Shown: in pieces, positions 17,267 to 25,521 of the stretch
Layout of the letters: the number at the start of each line of letters is the position of its first letter
Numbering within the stretch: the stretch's first letter is position 1
Source: a virus
Direction: 5' to 3' (one strand)
Length of the DNA: 64,000 bases
Virus record (IMG/VR): IMGVR_UViG_3300029774_000001
Notes under the pieces: model-generated
Told to the model about the DNA's origin: nothing
Databases searched by the model: none
What the model saw: only the letters and a program-made list of their open reading frames with translations
Position numbers and translations under genes: made by a program

Positions 17267-17409
17267 AATTAAAACATCTATTAGATTGGTATAACGAAAA
17301 CACACCATCAGAAGATGAAGAATACGAAAAGGGATGTCTATCTATCGCCTTGATAGTAGCAATCATTTTCATTGCATTAACGGTTGTAATTTTATCTTAC
17401 GAATTATGA
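17263..17409 (+). CDS. Small membrane protein (48 aa)
   Basis: C-terminal hydrophobic helix LSIALIVAIIFIALTVVIL; ATGA overlaps on both sides. Confidence 0.4.
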   Translation: MKLKHLLDWYNENTPSEDEEYEKGCLSIALIVAIIFIALTVVILSYEL

Positions 17410-17834
17410 AATCAAAACAAGTATTATCAATAGAACAAATGAAGCACTTGCAGGAGCTTGGATTAGATACAAGTGATGCAAGTATGTGCTGGTGTCGCGC
17501 TATCTCACATAAATCTGTAACGTGGGAGCTTGAAATCTATGAGTATGTAATAAACCAAAAACTGGATTCTAATTTTTGGGAAACAACCCCTACTTACACT
17601 TTGCAGGACATTCTGGATAAGTTACCAGAATCAGTACAGGTATATGATTTGTACATATTTAAGAAAGTAGGGTTGTGGTGGCTCAAATATGTAGACGTAA
17701 CGAATAATGGAACCGTTCGTTTAGAAAAAATGCCGAAGTTGATAGATGCAGCCTATTATATGCTGTGTTGGTGCATTCAAAAGGGGTTTGTTAAAACTAA
17801 TAAGGAGGTTAAAGATGGAAGAAAAGAAAATTGA
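17406..17834 (+). CDS. Hypothetical protein
   Basis: ATG at 17406 overlaps the previous stop. An upstream in-frame ATG at 17334 (the track start) would overlap the small ORF 17263-17409. Confidence 0.55.
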   Translation: MKSKQVLSIEQMKHLQELGLDTSDASMCWCRAISHKSVTWELEIYEYVINQKLDSNFWETTPTYTLQDILDKLPESVQVYDLYIFKKVGLWWLKYVDVTNNGTVRLEKMPKLIDAAYYMLCWCIQKGFVKTNKEVKDGRKEN

Positions 17835-18024
17835 TTGGGAACAGAGGCGTTATGAACTGGCAAAGGCTGCAATGCAAGCTTTGATTTCAAACAGTTTCTT
17901 TATGAAAAATTTGGGTATGTATTTGGATGAACATCCAGATAAAAAGATGGATGCAATAGAAGTAGTAGCTATTGAATCAATTAATTATACTGATGTATTG
18001 ATAAAGAAACTGAAAGGAGAATAA
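17815..18024 (+). CDS. Hypothetical protein
   Basis: ATG preceded by AGGAGG; 69 aa. Confidence 0.5.
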   Translation: MEEKKIDWEQRRYELAKAAMQALISNSFFMKNLGMYLDEHPDKKMDAIEVVAIESINYTDVLIKKLKGE

Positions 18025-18026
18025 TC

Positions 18027-18488
18027 ATGGAAGCACATGTAATGAAGCTTGAAAACAACTGTGTAATTGTTGACGAGGAATATTTTAATGAGATAAAGAA
18101 GCAGTCAGAATTTAACCAAGAAAGGATAAACGAGATTGCCGAAGAAAGGTTTTTGGAATATGTCAAAGAAAGCGGTATTGAACTTTCCTATAAAGTAAAC
18201 GGAATACCTTATATGTTTCATTATGATTTGTTGAACGAAATAAATTATGAAGAGAGGGGTTATCCAGAATCCGTATCAGAAAAGGTAAAGTATGCTATCG
18301 CAGACGATATAACCGAGGCTTTGAATGATAAGCTTAAGGGATTGAAAGACGAGGCTTTGAATTATGCCTTAAGTGAGTTTGACAAACGGAAGCACGGTTT
18401 AGAGGCTACTGTAAAAATATGGAAATATTTCGCATTAATCTTTATCATTACGACTATTATTCTAACAATTAGATTATTTATATTGTGA
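18027..18488 (+). CDS. Hypothetical protein with a C-terminal transmembrane helix
   Basis: 153 aa with hydrophobic tail WKYFALIFIITTIILTI. Confidence 0.55.
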   Translation: MEAHVMKLENNCVIVDEEYFNEIKKQSEFNQERINEIAEERFLEYVKESGIELSYKVNGIPYMFHYDLLNEINYEERGYPESVSEKVKYAIADDITEALNDKLKGLKDEALNYALSEFDKRKHGLEATVKIWKYFALIFIITTIILTIRLFIL

Positions 18489-18489
18489 A

Positions 18490-18606
18490 ATGATGTTAAA
18501 ACAGAGACAATTTAGACATAAGCACTTGCGTATCTCATAACATAATCTTATCTTTGCATTGTGAGATTAAGAGATGAAAAGTCAAACAAATAAAAAAGAT
18601 AAGGTT
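18490..18606 (+). promoter_or_regulatory. Recurrent promoter/operator/leader cassette, copy 2
   Basis: ATGTTAAAA box; palindrome GACATAAGCACTTGCGTATCTC (18515-18536); -7 box TATCTTTG (18549-18556); leader ..AAGTCAAACAAATAAAAAAGATAAGGTT-ATG. Confidence 0.7.
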
Positions 18607-18771
18607 ATGAAAGCAAGATTTTTAGAAAAGTTCATTATGATGGAATTTGTGAAAGGCAATTTAAATTCACAGGAACAAGTCAATGAAATGGTTTCTTTGA
18701 TACAGAGAAAGTTAGGTGTGTCAGTAGAGAATGCAAGAGAATTTTTAAGAAAAGCGGTTGGGTTGATTTAA
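18607..18771 (+). CDS. Hypothetical small protein
   Basis: Start moved to the ATG after the conserved leader. The track start 18574 translates the leader as MKSQTNKKDKV. Confidence 0.55.
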   Translation: MKARFLEKFIMMEFVKGNLNSQEQVNEMVSLIQRKLGVSVENAREFLRKAVGLI

Positions 18772-18798
18772 CAATAACAATTTGTTTTCTTCATATTA

Positions 18799-18826
18799 TA
18801 GGGCTATGTTTGTAGCCCTATTTTTA
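18799..18826 (+). terminator. Rho-independent terminator
   Basis: TAGGGCTA-tgtttg-TAGCCCTA followed by TTTTT. Confidence 0.75.
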
Positions 18827-18839
18827 AATCTGAAATAAA

Positions 18840-20294
18840 ATGGCTCAAAAGTTGTCTGCCGGATTCATGGCAGAATTATTCAAGCTTGTGTATATGGATT
18901 TGAATATCACCAGGATGGTGGTAAATAATCTGACTTATCAGTTAATACCCAAAGAGTGGCCCGGGTTCAAATTCTTGCTAAAAGAGGCAACAGAAGTATT
19001 AAAGGAAAAAGATAAGGTTCCTTCTTTGGGCGTGGTGTCCCAAAAATACGCTGATAGTGATTTTGTGATTGAAGCGATAGATGCTGTGCAGTCAGCCGCC
19101 AAAGTAGACAAGGAAATCATTATAGACCAGTTGGAAGCGTACATTAAAGATGTGGAATTCCAGCTACTTTCTAAAAAAGTACATGATTTGTACGAAGAAG
19201 GAAAGAAAGAAGATGCTATACGGGTAAATGCGGAAGAGAGCCAAAGAATTTTATCCCTATCATTAAGGCATGAGGCAGGCGGTTTTCAGAAAGTGTTCTC
19301 TGATTTTGACAAACGAATGAAGAGGAGACGGGAAGAAGAAGAGGGGGAGGTTCCATCACGCGTAATGTTCGGACTTGATAAGATAGACCAGATTTCAGAA
19401 GGCGGTGCCACAATGGAAGATACCGTGTTATGGATAATGCGTTCGGGTGTCGGTAAGTCTACTGTATTGAGATATCACGGTATGCAGGCAGCTTTTGACG
19501 GACACCCGGTCTTGCATATACAGTTGGAGGGCGGTGCGCGTGCGTGTCTGGAAAGATACGACCAGTTTTGGACCGGGCAAAAATACGGGAACATCAGAAA
19601 AGGTGTCATAGATGACAAGTTAGCCGAGAAAATAGAAAAGGCTTTTGAAAACATGAAATCCTATTCCAAGGACATAGATGTTTATTCTTTTGAAAAATTC
19701 GGGCAGGCTACTATGGTGGATATCCGTAACGTGATAGTTTCCTATTACAAGAAAAACGGTTATTATCCGCATGTATTGATATTGGATTCGTTAGACCTTG
19801 TGGCAACAGGAACAAATAGAGTTGTAGACAATAACCCTACATTCAAAAAAGAAAAATTACAGACATGTGCACAACTTTTGAAAAATTTATGTGTAGAGTT
19901 TAAAATGGTGGGATTTACGGCAGCACAAGCCGGAAATGTGCCGTTGGAAATATGGGACAATTCGGACAAAGTGATAGACAGAAGCTATACGGAAGGGGAC
20001 AGGACACTTGTAAAGCCGTTTTCCTTTGTGTTTACCGGGAACCGGACAAGAGAGGAAAAGAAACAGAACATAATGCGTATCTATATGGATAAGGTACGCG
20101 ATTATGATACGGTAAAAGATACCTTCCCTATTGTGACGGATTACGGCAGGGGACGTTTTTGTGACAAGGCGCTGACAGCCGAATATTACGGAGGTGACAA
20201 GGGTTTCACGTCCTCTACTTCTGAAAAGAAGACAAGAAAGAAAAAGGACGAAGGCGGTGAAAAGCAAAATGATGTTAAAACAGAGGTGATTTAG
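18840..20294 (+). CDS. Replicative DNA helicase, DnaB-like (SF4)
   Basis: Walker A R-S-G-V-G-K-S-T, Walker B V-L-I-L-D-S-L-D; RecA-type ATPase domain after an N-terminal helical domain. Confidence 0.75.
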   Translation: MAQKLSAGFMAELFKLVYMDLNITRMVVNNLTYQLIPKEWPGFKFLLKEATEVLKEKDKVPSLGVVSQKYADSDFVIEAIDAVQSAAKVDKEIIIDQLEAYIKDVEFQLLSKKVHDLYEEGKKEDAIRVNAEESQRILSLSLRHEAGGFQKVFSDFDKRMKRRREEEEGEVPSRVMFGLDKIDQISEGGATMEDTVLWIMRSGVGKSTVLRYHGMQAAFDGHPVLHIQLEGGARACLERYDQFWTGQKYGNIRKGVIDDKLAEKIEKAFENMKSYSKDIDVYSFEKFGQATMVDIRNVIVSYYKKNGYYPHVLILDSLDLVATGTNRVVDNNPTFKKEKLQTCAQLLKNLCVEFKMVGFTAAQAGNVPLEIWDNSDKVIDRSYTEGDRTLVKPFSFVFTGNRTREEKKQNIMRIYMDKVRDYDTVKDTFPIVTDYGRGRFCDKALTAEYYGGDKGFTSSTSEKKTRKKKDEGGEKQNDVKTEVI

Positions 20295-20428
20295 ACATAA
20301 GCACTTGCGTATGTCATAACATAATCTTATCTTTGTAGTGTCTTCTTAAGGGAGGCAAGAAAAGAAGGTGAAAGACTGTAAAGAACATCTTTTTTGGGAT
20401 ATATTGTTTATGAATTAGTTTAGAGGAT
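20269..20428 (+). promoter_or_regulatory. Recurrent promoter cassette, copy 3
   Basis: ATGATGTTAAAA (overlaps the helicase 3' end); palindrome 20294-20315; -7 box TATCTTTG 20328-20335; leader variant CTTCTTAAGGGAGG. Confidence 0.7.
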
Positions 20429-20761
20429 ATGAAAAGATATAAAGTTGGAGAAGTATTTGAATACGAAGGCATGATATTGAAAGCGATAGAAGATGATTTG
20501 AAACAAGAAGAAAGTGGATGTAAATATTGTGCTTTAAACAAATTTGTGTGCAGCCATATAGATTGTGGTACAAGAATGAATCCAAGTATTCGTTTTATTG
20601 AAGTTTCAAAAGAAAAACTTTTTGCGGATGCACTGCCAATAATCCAAGGTGCGCCTATGCCACCGCTTGAAGATAATACGAATTTTCTTGATGATTTGGA
20701 TTTGAAGCCGAAAAAGAAAAGCTTTTGGAAACGGTTAATGTTTTGGAGGAAAGATGTTTAG
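20429..20761 (+). CDS. Hypothetical Cys-containing protein
   Basis: 110-aa ATG ORF. Confidence 0.55.
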   Translation: MKRYKVGEVFEYEGMILKAIEDDLKQEESGCKYCALNKFVCSHIDCGTRMNPSIRFIEVSKEKLFADALPIIQGAPMPPLEDNTNFLDDLDLKPKKKSFWKRLMFWRKDV

Positions 20762-21755
20762 GGTTGACAAAAACGAGGTAATATCCGAATTGAATTTGTC
20801 CTTGTTCGGAGCAAAAGGTTTCATGCAGGATAGGAACAAGGAATGCCCTTTTTGTAATAAAAAAGGGAAATGGGGGATAAAATTCAACGATGCCGGGAAT
20901 AATGGTGCATTCCATTGTTTCAAATGTGGCATGAAAACCACCTTAAAAAAATTCTTGGAGAAGATAGGAAGAAAAGACCTCATAAAGCAGGATTACGAGA
21001 ACACGATAAAGATGCAGAAATTGACCCCTCTAATAGACGATGAAGAAGAGGAAACAGCAGAGGAAATCAAGGAATGCACCCTTCCTAAAAAACTGGAATA
21101 TATAGAAAAGGACGAATATTTGGATAAGAGGGGGTTTGTGAAAAGATATTATGAAGAATTCCGTCCGGCAGAAACAAAATTCTTTCTTGAAAGAAAGCTG
21201 CACGATAAGTTCATATTCCAGTTTACAATGAACGGCAAATTAGCCGCATGGCTGGCACGCTCAAAGAAAAGTAAGGAGTGGCACGAAGAGAACCTTCAAA
21301 GATTCAAGGAGGGCAAAGAAAAGCTTGTATTGAGGTATGAAAATTCACGTGACGGATTCTCCCATGTGATAGGAGGATATGACAATATAACGGACGAGAC
21401 GGACACGGTTATAATCGTGGAAGGAATGTTCGACTACATATCGGTAGACACGAAGCTGCACCTTTATGAATCGCCCGATATAAAGTGCGTGTTTACATTC
21501 GGTAACAATATGGGGCTAAGCCAGATAAGGTTATTGAGGGACAAACCGGGCATAAGGAATGTGATTCTGATGTATGACCCGGACAAACCGGAAATGATTA
21601 AGACAGTATCAATGACCCTACAAAGGTACTTCAATGTGCAGATTGCCGAACTGGAAGATAAAAAGAAAGACCCTGGGGACGCAACACAGGAAGAACTCTT
21701 ATGGGCGCTTGACAATATGACGGAACCGATTAATTATTATACTAAGCATTTATAG
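20754..21755 (+). CDS. DNA primase, DnaG-like (zinc finger + TOPRIM)
   Basis: C-P-F-C-x21-H-C-F-K-C zinc finger, TOPRIM I-V-E-G-M-F-D, and M-Y-D-P-D. Confidence 0.8.
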   Translation: MFRVDKNEVISELNLSLFGAKGFMQDRNKECPFCNKKGKWGIKFNDAGNNGAFHCFKCGMKTTLKKFLEKIGRKDLIKQDYENTIKMQKLTPLIDDEEEETAEEIKECTLPKKLEYIEKDEYLDKRGFVKRYYEEFRPAETKFFLERKLHDKFIFQFTMNGKLAAWLARSKKSKEWHEENLQRFKEGKEKLVLRYENSRDGFSHVIGGYDNITDETDTVIIVEGMFDYISVDTKLHLYESPDIKCVFTFGNNMGLSQIRLLRDKPGIRNVILMYDPDKPEMIKTVSMTLQRYFNVQIAELEDKKKDPGDATQEELLWALDNMTEPINYYTKHL

Positions 21756-21813
21756 TATTGATTTTTTGCCATTTATCCTAATTTTTGTTAGATTTGAAGT
21801 CAAAAATAAGGAT

Positions 21814-22305
21814 ATGGAAAAATCGCGGAAAATCAGTCTGGAGCAGTTTGTAATTAACTTGCAATTGGAGTATTTGAGTTGTAGATTACGCTCGATAGTT
21901 TACAATCGTATAGAAAGTGTCGAGCTTGTGAAGATATATAAGGACATAGCGGAGAAGAAGAAAGCAAAAATTCTGAACTTGAAACAAAGGTTCCGTCTTG
22001 GTACGATGTTCGATAGCGACAAGGCGTTTTCTGATTTTTATTTGAAGGAATTTTTGCAGGAATACGGGTTGCCGAACTTGCAATATTCGGAGAAAACGAA
22101 AAAGTCGGTTATGTTTTGGGACAGGTTCCACCTATTGAAACCAGGCACTATAGTGATATACAAGGGAAAGGAATATAAGGTGAAAATAAACCATCCAAAT
22201 GACGATAATGTGGTAATATGGGTTAATGACATACCGGAACAGATTCCTTATACCTACTTCAAAATGAGATGGTTAGAAAAAATCGATATGAAAGATTTAA
22301 AATAA
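21814..22305 (+). CDS. Hypothetical protein
   Basis: First ATG in the frame (MEKSRK..). Confidence 0.55.
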   Translation: MEKSRKISLEQFVINLQLEYLSCRLRSIVYNRIESVELVKIYKDIAEKKKAKILNLKQRFRLGTMFDSDKAFSDFYLKEFLQEYGLPNLQYSEKTKKSVMFWDRFHLLKPGTIVIYKGKEYKVKINHPNDDNVVIWVNDIPEQIPYTYFKMRWLEKIDMKDLK

Positions 22306-22307
22306 TG

Positions 22308-22349
22308 GAGATAACATTTGTTTATCTCAAAATTAAATTGTTATATTTG
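22308..22349 (+). promoter_or_regulatory. Hairpin followed by a -7 box
   Basis: GAGATAA-catttgt-TTATCTC, then TATATTTG (22342-22349), upstream of the MazG gene. Confidence 0.5.
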
Positions 22350-22372
22350 CAGTGTAATTAAAGAACAAAAGT

Positions 22373-22900
22373 ATGAATTATTTCGAGTATGAAGAAAAGG
22401 CGGCTACTACAGCTTGCTATAACGAAAAAGTGGCTTTGTCCTATGTGACGCTTGGCTTGTGTTCGGAGATGGGAGAAACTTACGAGAAAATCAATAACGA
22501 GGCAGAAACGGAAGAAATCTCTAAAGAAATCGGAGATATGTTTTGGTATCTCGCTATGATTCGTAAAGAATGCAATCTCGATATTGAGGGTTGGGATTGG
22601 AAAGAAGCTTTGGCAAATGCGGAAGGTGCAGGCGTGTTTGATTTGCCCGTGGAAGTCGGAAAGATTGCAGACCAGGTTAAAAAGTGGTTGCGTGATGATT
22701 GGAAAGAAGCCGAGCAGAATGTATTCCCGGAAGCAAGAAAGAAAGCTGTTTTGGAAGCCTGGAAAAACGCCTGGAAGGTTATAAACAGTATGATTAACCG
22801 CGTCGGTCTTGATACGGAAAAGATTGCCGAGCAGAATATCGAAAAACTGTTTTCACGCAAACAGCGTGACAAAATTCATGGAGCAGGAGACAACAGATGA
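22373..22900 (+). CDS. mazG: MazG-like nucleoside triphosphate pyrophosphohydrolase
   Basis: E-M-G-E-T-Y-E ... E-I-G-D-M-F-W-Y-L acidic metal-binding helices typical of MazG. Confidence 0.75.
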   Translation: MNYFEYEEKAATTACYNEKVALSYVTLGLCSEMGETYEKINNEAETEEISKEIGDMFWYLAMIRKECNLDIEGWDWKEALANAEGAGVFDLPVEVGKIADQVKKWLRDDWKEAEQNVFPEARKKAVLEAWKNAWKVINSMINRVGLDTEKIAEQNIEKLFSRKQRDKIHGAGDNR

Positions 22901-23478
22901 GAAATTTTGACAAAATATTAATGACCGGGGCGCAGGGTACAGGGAAAACAACCCTATTGAAAGCCTTGCAGAACGAACCGGAATTTGACAACTGGAAGTT
23001 TTACACGAATGTTGTCAGAACGATGGTTGAAGAAGAGGGAATAGCCATCAATAAGGAGGGTACTTCTGAATCACAAAAGAAAATATTCGACAAATACACT
23101 CAAATAATGGAAGATGCTATGAAACAACCTTCCATTAGTGACAGATGTATTATTGATGTGAACGCGTACACTTCATGGCTTTTTGACAACTGTAATCCGA
23201 AAGACAAGGATTATAACAACCTGGCAGAAGAGGACTTCAAAGAAAAGCGCCAGATTGTAAAACGGAAATACGAATTTCCTTTGCTTGTCTATCTTCCTAT
23301 TACATTCAGATTGCAGGGTGACGGTGCGCGTTCGGAAGACGAGGAATACCAGAAGGAAATCGACCGTAAAATAAAGCAGATTGTCGATAATTACGGAATA
23401 CCATATATTTCTGTTTCCGGTTCAACGGAAGAACGTGTGCAGCAGATTAAGGATGCCGTATTTGGAAAGGAGAAGTAA
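22897..23478 (+). CDS. P-loop NTPase, AAA_28 / nucleoside-kinase-like
   Basis: Walker A G-A-Q-G-T-G-K-T-T at the N-terminus; ~190 aa. Confidence 0.6.
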   Translation: MRNFDKILMTGAQGTGKTTLLKALQNEPEFDNWKFYTNVVRTMVEEEGIAINKEGTSESQKKIFDKYTQIMEDAMKQPSISDRCIIDVNAYTSWLFDNCNPKDKDYNNLAEEDFKEKRQIVKRKYEFPLLVYLPITFRLQGDGARSEDEEYQKEIDRKIKQIVDNYGIPYISVSGSTEERVQQIKDAVFGKEK

Positions 23479-23482
23479 GACA

Positions 23483-23842
23483 ATGGAAGTTTCTTTGTTG
23501 ACTTTGAGAAATGTGGGACGGAAGCTTGGAATGCAGAACGTTTCCGGATTTAAGAAAGAAGACCTTTTGCAGCAGGTTGTCGAAAGACTGGAAGCAAAAG
23601 GAAAGACGATTGAAGAATATGCAAAGGAAGTTTCGATAAATACCCAAAAGGGGTATGTCAAGAAAAAGTTTAACCTTTCACCTAAAGGAAAAAACCCGTA
23701 CAAGAAAGGAAGTATATCGTATAAGGTGTGGGAAGAACTCGCAAAGAATGACGGTCGTTCATTCAGCCGGATTGCAAAAGAACTGGGAACGCATTACAAC
23801 GTTGTTTCCGTTTGTTGCAGGAACCATTTTAATAAATCATAA
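23483..23842 (+). CDS. Putative DNA-binding protein: SAP/Rho-N-like N-terminus plus a C-terminal HTH
   Basis: L-T-L-R-N-V-G-R-K-L-G-M-Q-N-V-S-G-F-K-K-E-D-L-L resembles a Rho-N/SAP motif. The C-terminal F-S-R-I-A-K-E-L-G-T-H-Y-N-V-V-S is HTH-like. Confidence 0.45.
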   Translation: MEVSLLTLRNVGRKLGMQNVSGFKKEDLLQQVVERLEAKGKTIEEYAKEVSINTQKGYVKKKFNLSPKGKNPYKKGSISYKVWEELAKNDGRSFSRIAKELGTHYNVVSVCCRNHFNKS

Positions 23843-23873
23843 ACTTGCCGTTTTTATTTGGATTTGATTTCAT

Positions 23874-23910
23874 GGGGAGTGTAAGTAAAATACACTTCAC
23901 TCCCCTTTAC
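23874..23910 (+). terminator. Hairpin terminator
   Basis: GGGGAGTG..CACTCCCC stem followed by TTT. Confidence 0.6.
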
Positions 23911-23921
23911 ACCCTAAAAAT

Positions 23922-25517
23922 ATGGAAGAGTTGTATAAAGACTTAATCAAATATTTGGAAGATAATTTTTTGTCTTTCAATGTTTTAGATAATTATATTG
24001 TAGAAATTGACGGGCAGACATTTGAATTGTTCGAGCCTTTTAAGTGGGATAAGGACGAAAACGGGATTTTCTTTGACGATTCGTTCCAGTGGGTAGGAGA
24101 TAGGACAGAATGTGATAACTATGTTTTCCGGTTTGGCGATGTATGGTATTATCTGAAAAAGGGAGACGAAAACAAGGTAAAACTTAACCGATTGCAGTAT
24201 ATCGGAAAAGCGAATTTGTTTGACGAAAGTTTGAGGTTTGACACCTATATAGGAGTGCATGGTAATTTTGAGTTGATGAACGGGATGCACTTTTATTCCG
24301 ACTGGGTGGAAAAGGCGAAATTCATGGGGATAAGGGCGCTTGGCATATGCGAAAAGAATACGCTTGCATCAGCGTTCAAGTTTCAAAATGCGTGTCTAAA
24401 AAGCGACATAAGACCTATATTCGGTATGGAAGTTACCGTATATAATGAACAGAAGGACGTTAGATATACGGTAAAACTGATAGTCAAGAATAAGGAGGGG
24501 TGGAATAACCTATTGAAAATAAACAAAATTCTGAATGTTGACGAAAAAGGTTTTATCACGGAAAAGGAATTGCAGGAAATGAAAGACGGATGTTTTCTAC
24601 TACTTGACCCGAAAACATGTACGTTTGAAAATCTCCCTATATTGTCAAGAAAATGGAATGACACTTATTACCAGCTTGATACCGTGGAATACAAGAAGAA
24701 TGACCGGGATAAAAAATATCTTGACAATCTGAAAAAGTTCGTGGGTGTGTATAAGCCCGTGGCGGTATGTGACGCTTGGTACCTGGAAAGACGGTGCGCC
24801 CCTATAAGAGAAAAGCTTAACAGATTGGCAAAGGTAGTGAATTATGAGAGTGACAACCAGTACATGAAGAACTATCAAGAGTATTACGAAGAACTGTCAA
24901 AACTGATATTGGACGAAGACAAGTTTTTCGGACTGTTTGAAGAAGCTTTGGTAAATCTTAATTACATATCGGTAAATTGTAATTATTTGCTGGAGACACA
25001 AGTACGGCATGCACCCCAATATGTAATGACAGAAGAGGAGAAAAAGAAATATTCGTCCAATACAGAAATGTTTGAATCGCTTGTATTTGACGGACTGGCA
25101 GAACATCCGGAAATACTGGATAGATACAGTGAAGAAGAACTGACGGAAAGACTGAACACGGAAATATCCATCATAGAAGAAGGCGATGTAGTGGACTACT
25201 TTCTGATGCTGAGGGACATTATCAGATGGGGAAGGGATAATAACATTTTGGTCGGACTGGGGAGAGGCTCCTCCGCTGGCTCTTTGGTGTCCTATCTTCT
25301 TGGTATTGTTAATGTAAACCCGTTGGAATACGAACTCCTATTCAGTCGATTTTTGACAAAGGGTCGTTTAATTCGGCATGAAGAGGAAGAAGTGGTAATG
25401 ATAAACGGAGAAAAAGAAATATCCGGAAATGCTTTTATAAAGATTATCAGAAATGACGAGGAAATGATAATCAGAGCGAAAGAGCTAAAAGAAGGTGACG
25501 AACTGATAAACGAATAG
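23922..25517 (+). CDS. dnaE: DNA polymerase III alpha (DnaE-type), N-terminal fragment: PHP domain plus start of palm
   Basis: PHP-like G-V-H-G-N-F-E-L-M-N-G and palm motif G-L-G-R-G-S-S-A-G-S-L-V-S-Y-L-L-G-I..N-P-L..L-L-F-S-R-F-L. Ends at TAG 25515-25517. Confidence 0.8.
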   Translation: MEELYKDLIKYLEDNFLSFNVLDNYIVEIDGQTFELFEPFKWDKDENGIFFDDSFQWVGDRTECDNYVFRFGDVWYYLKKGDENKVKLNRLQYIGKANLFDESLRFDTYIGVHGNFELMNGMHFYSDWVEKAKFMGIRALGICEKNTLASAFKFQNACLKSDIRPIFGMEVTVYNEQKDVRYTVKLIVKNKEGWNNLLKINKILNVDEKGFITEKELQEMKDGCFLLLDPKTCTFENLPILSRKWNDTYYQLDTVEYKKNDRDKKYLDNLKKFVGVYKPVAVCDAWYLERRCAPIREKLNRLAKVVNYESDNQYMKNYQEYYEELSKLILDEDKFFGLFEEALVNLNYISVNCNYLLETQVRHAPQYVMTEEEKKKYSSNTEMFESLVFDGLAEHPEILDRYSEEELTERLNTEISIIEEGDVVDYFLMLRDIIRWGRDNNILVGLGRGSSAGSLVSYLLGIVNVNPLEYELLFSRFLTKGRLIRHEEEEVVMINGEKEISGNAFIKIIRNDEEMIIRAKELKEGDELINE

Positions 25518-25521
25518 TTGT

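Noticed and set aside
18574-18606. N-terminal extension MKSQTNKKDKV of ORF 18574 (and MISQTNKKDKV at 35589)
   Set aside because: The nucleotides are the conserved untranslated leader shared with cassettes whose equivalent region is not in frame with the downstream gene.
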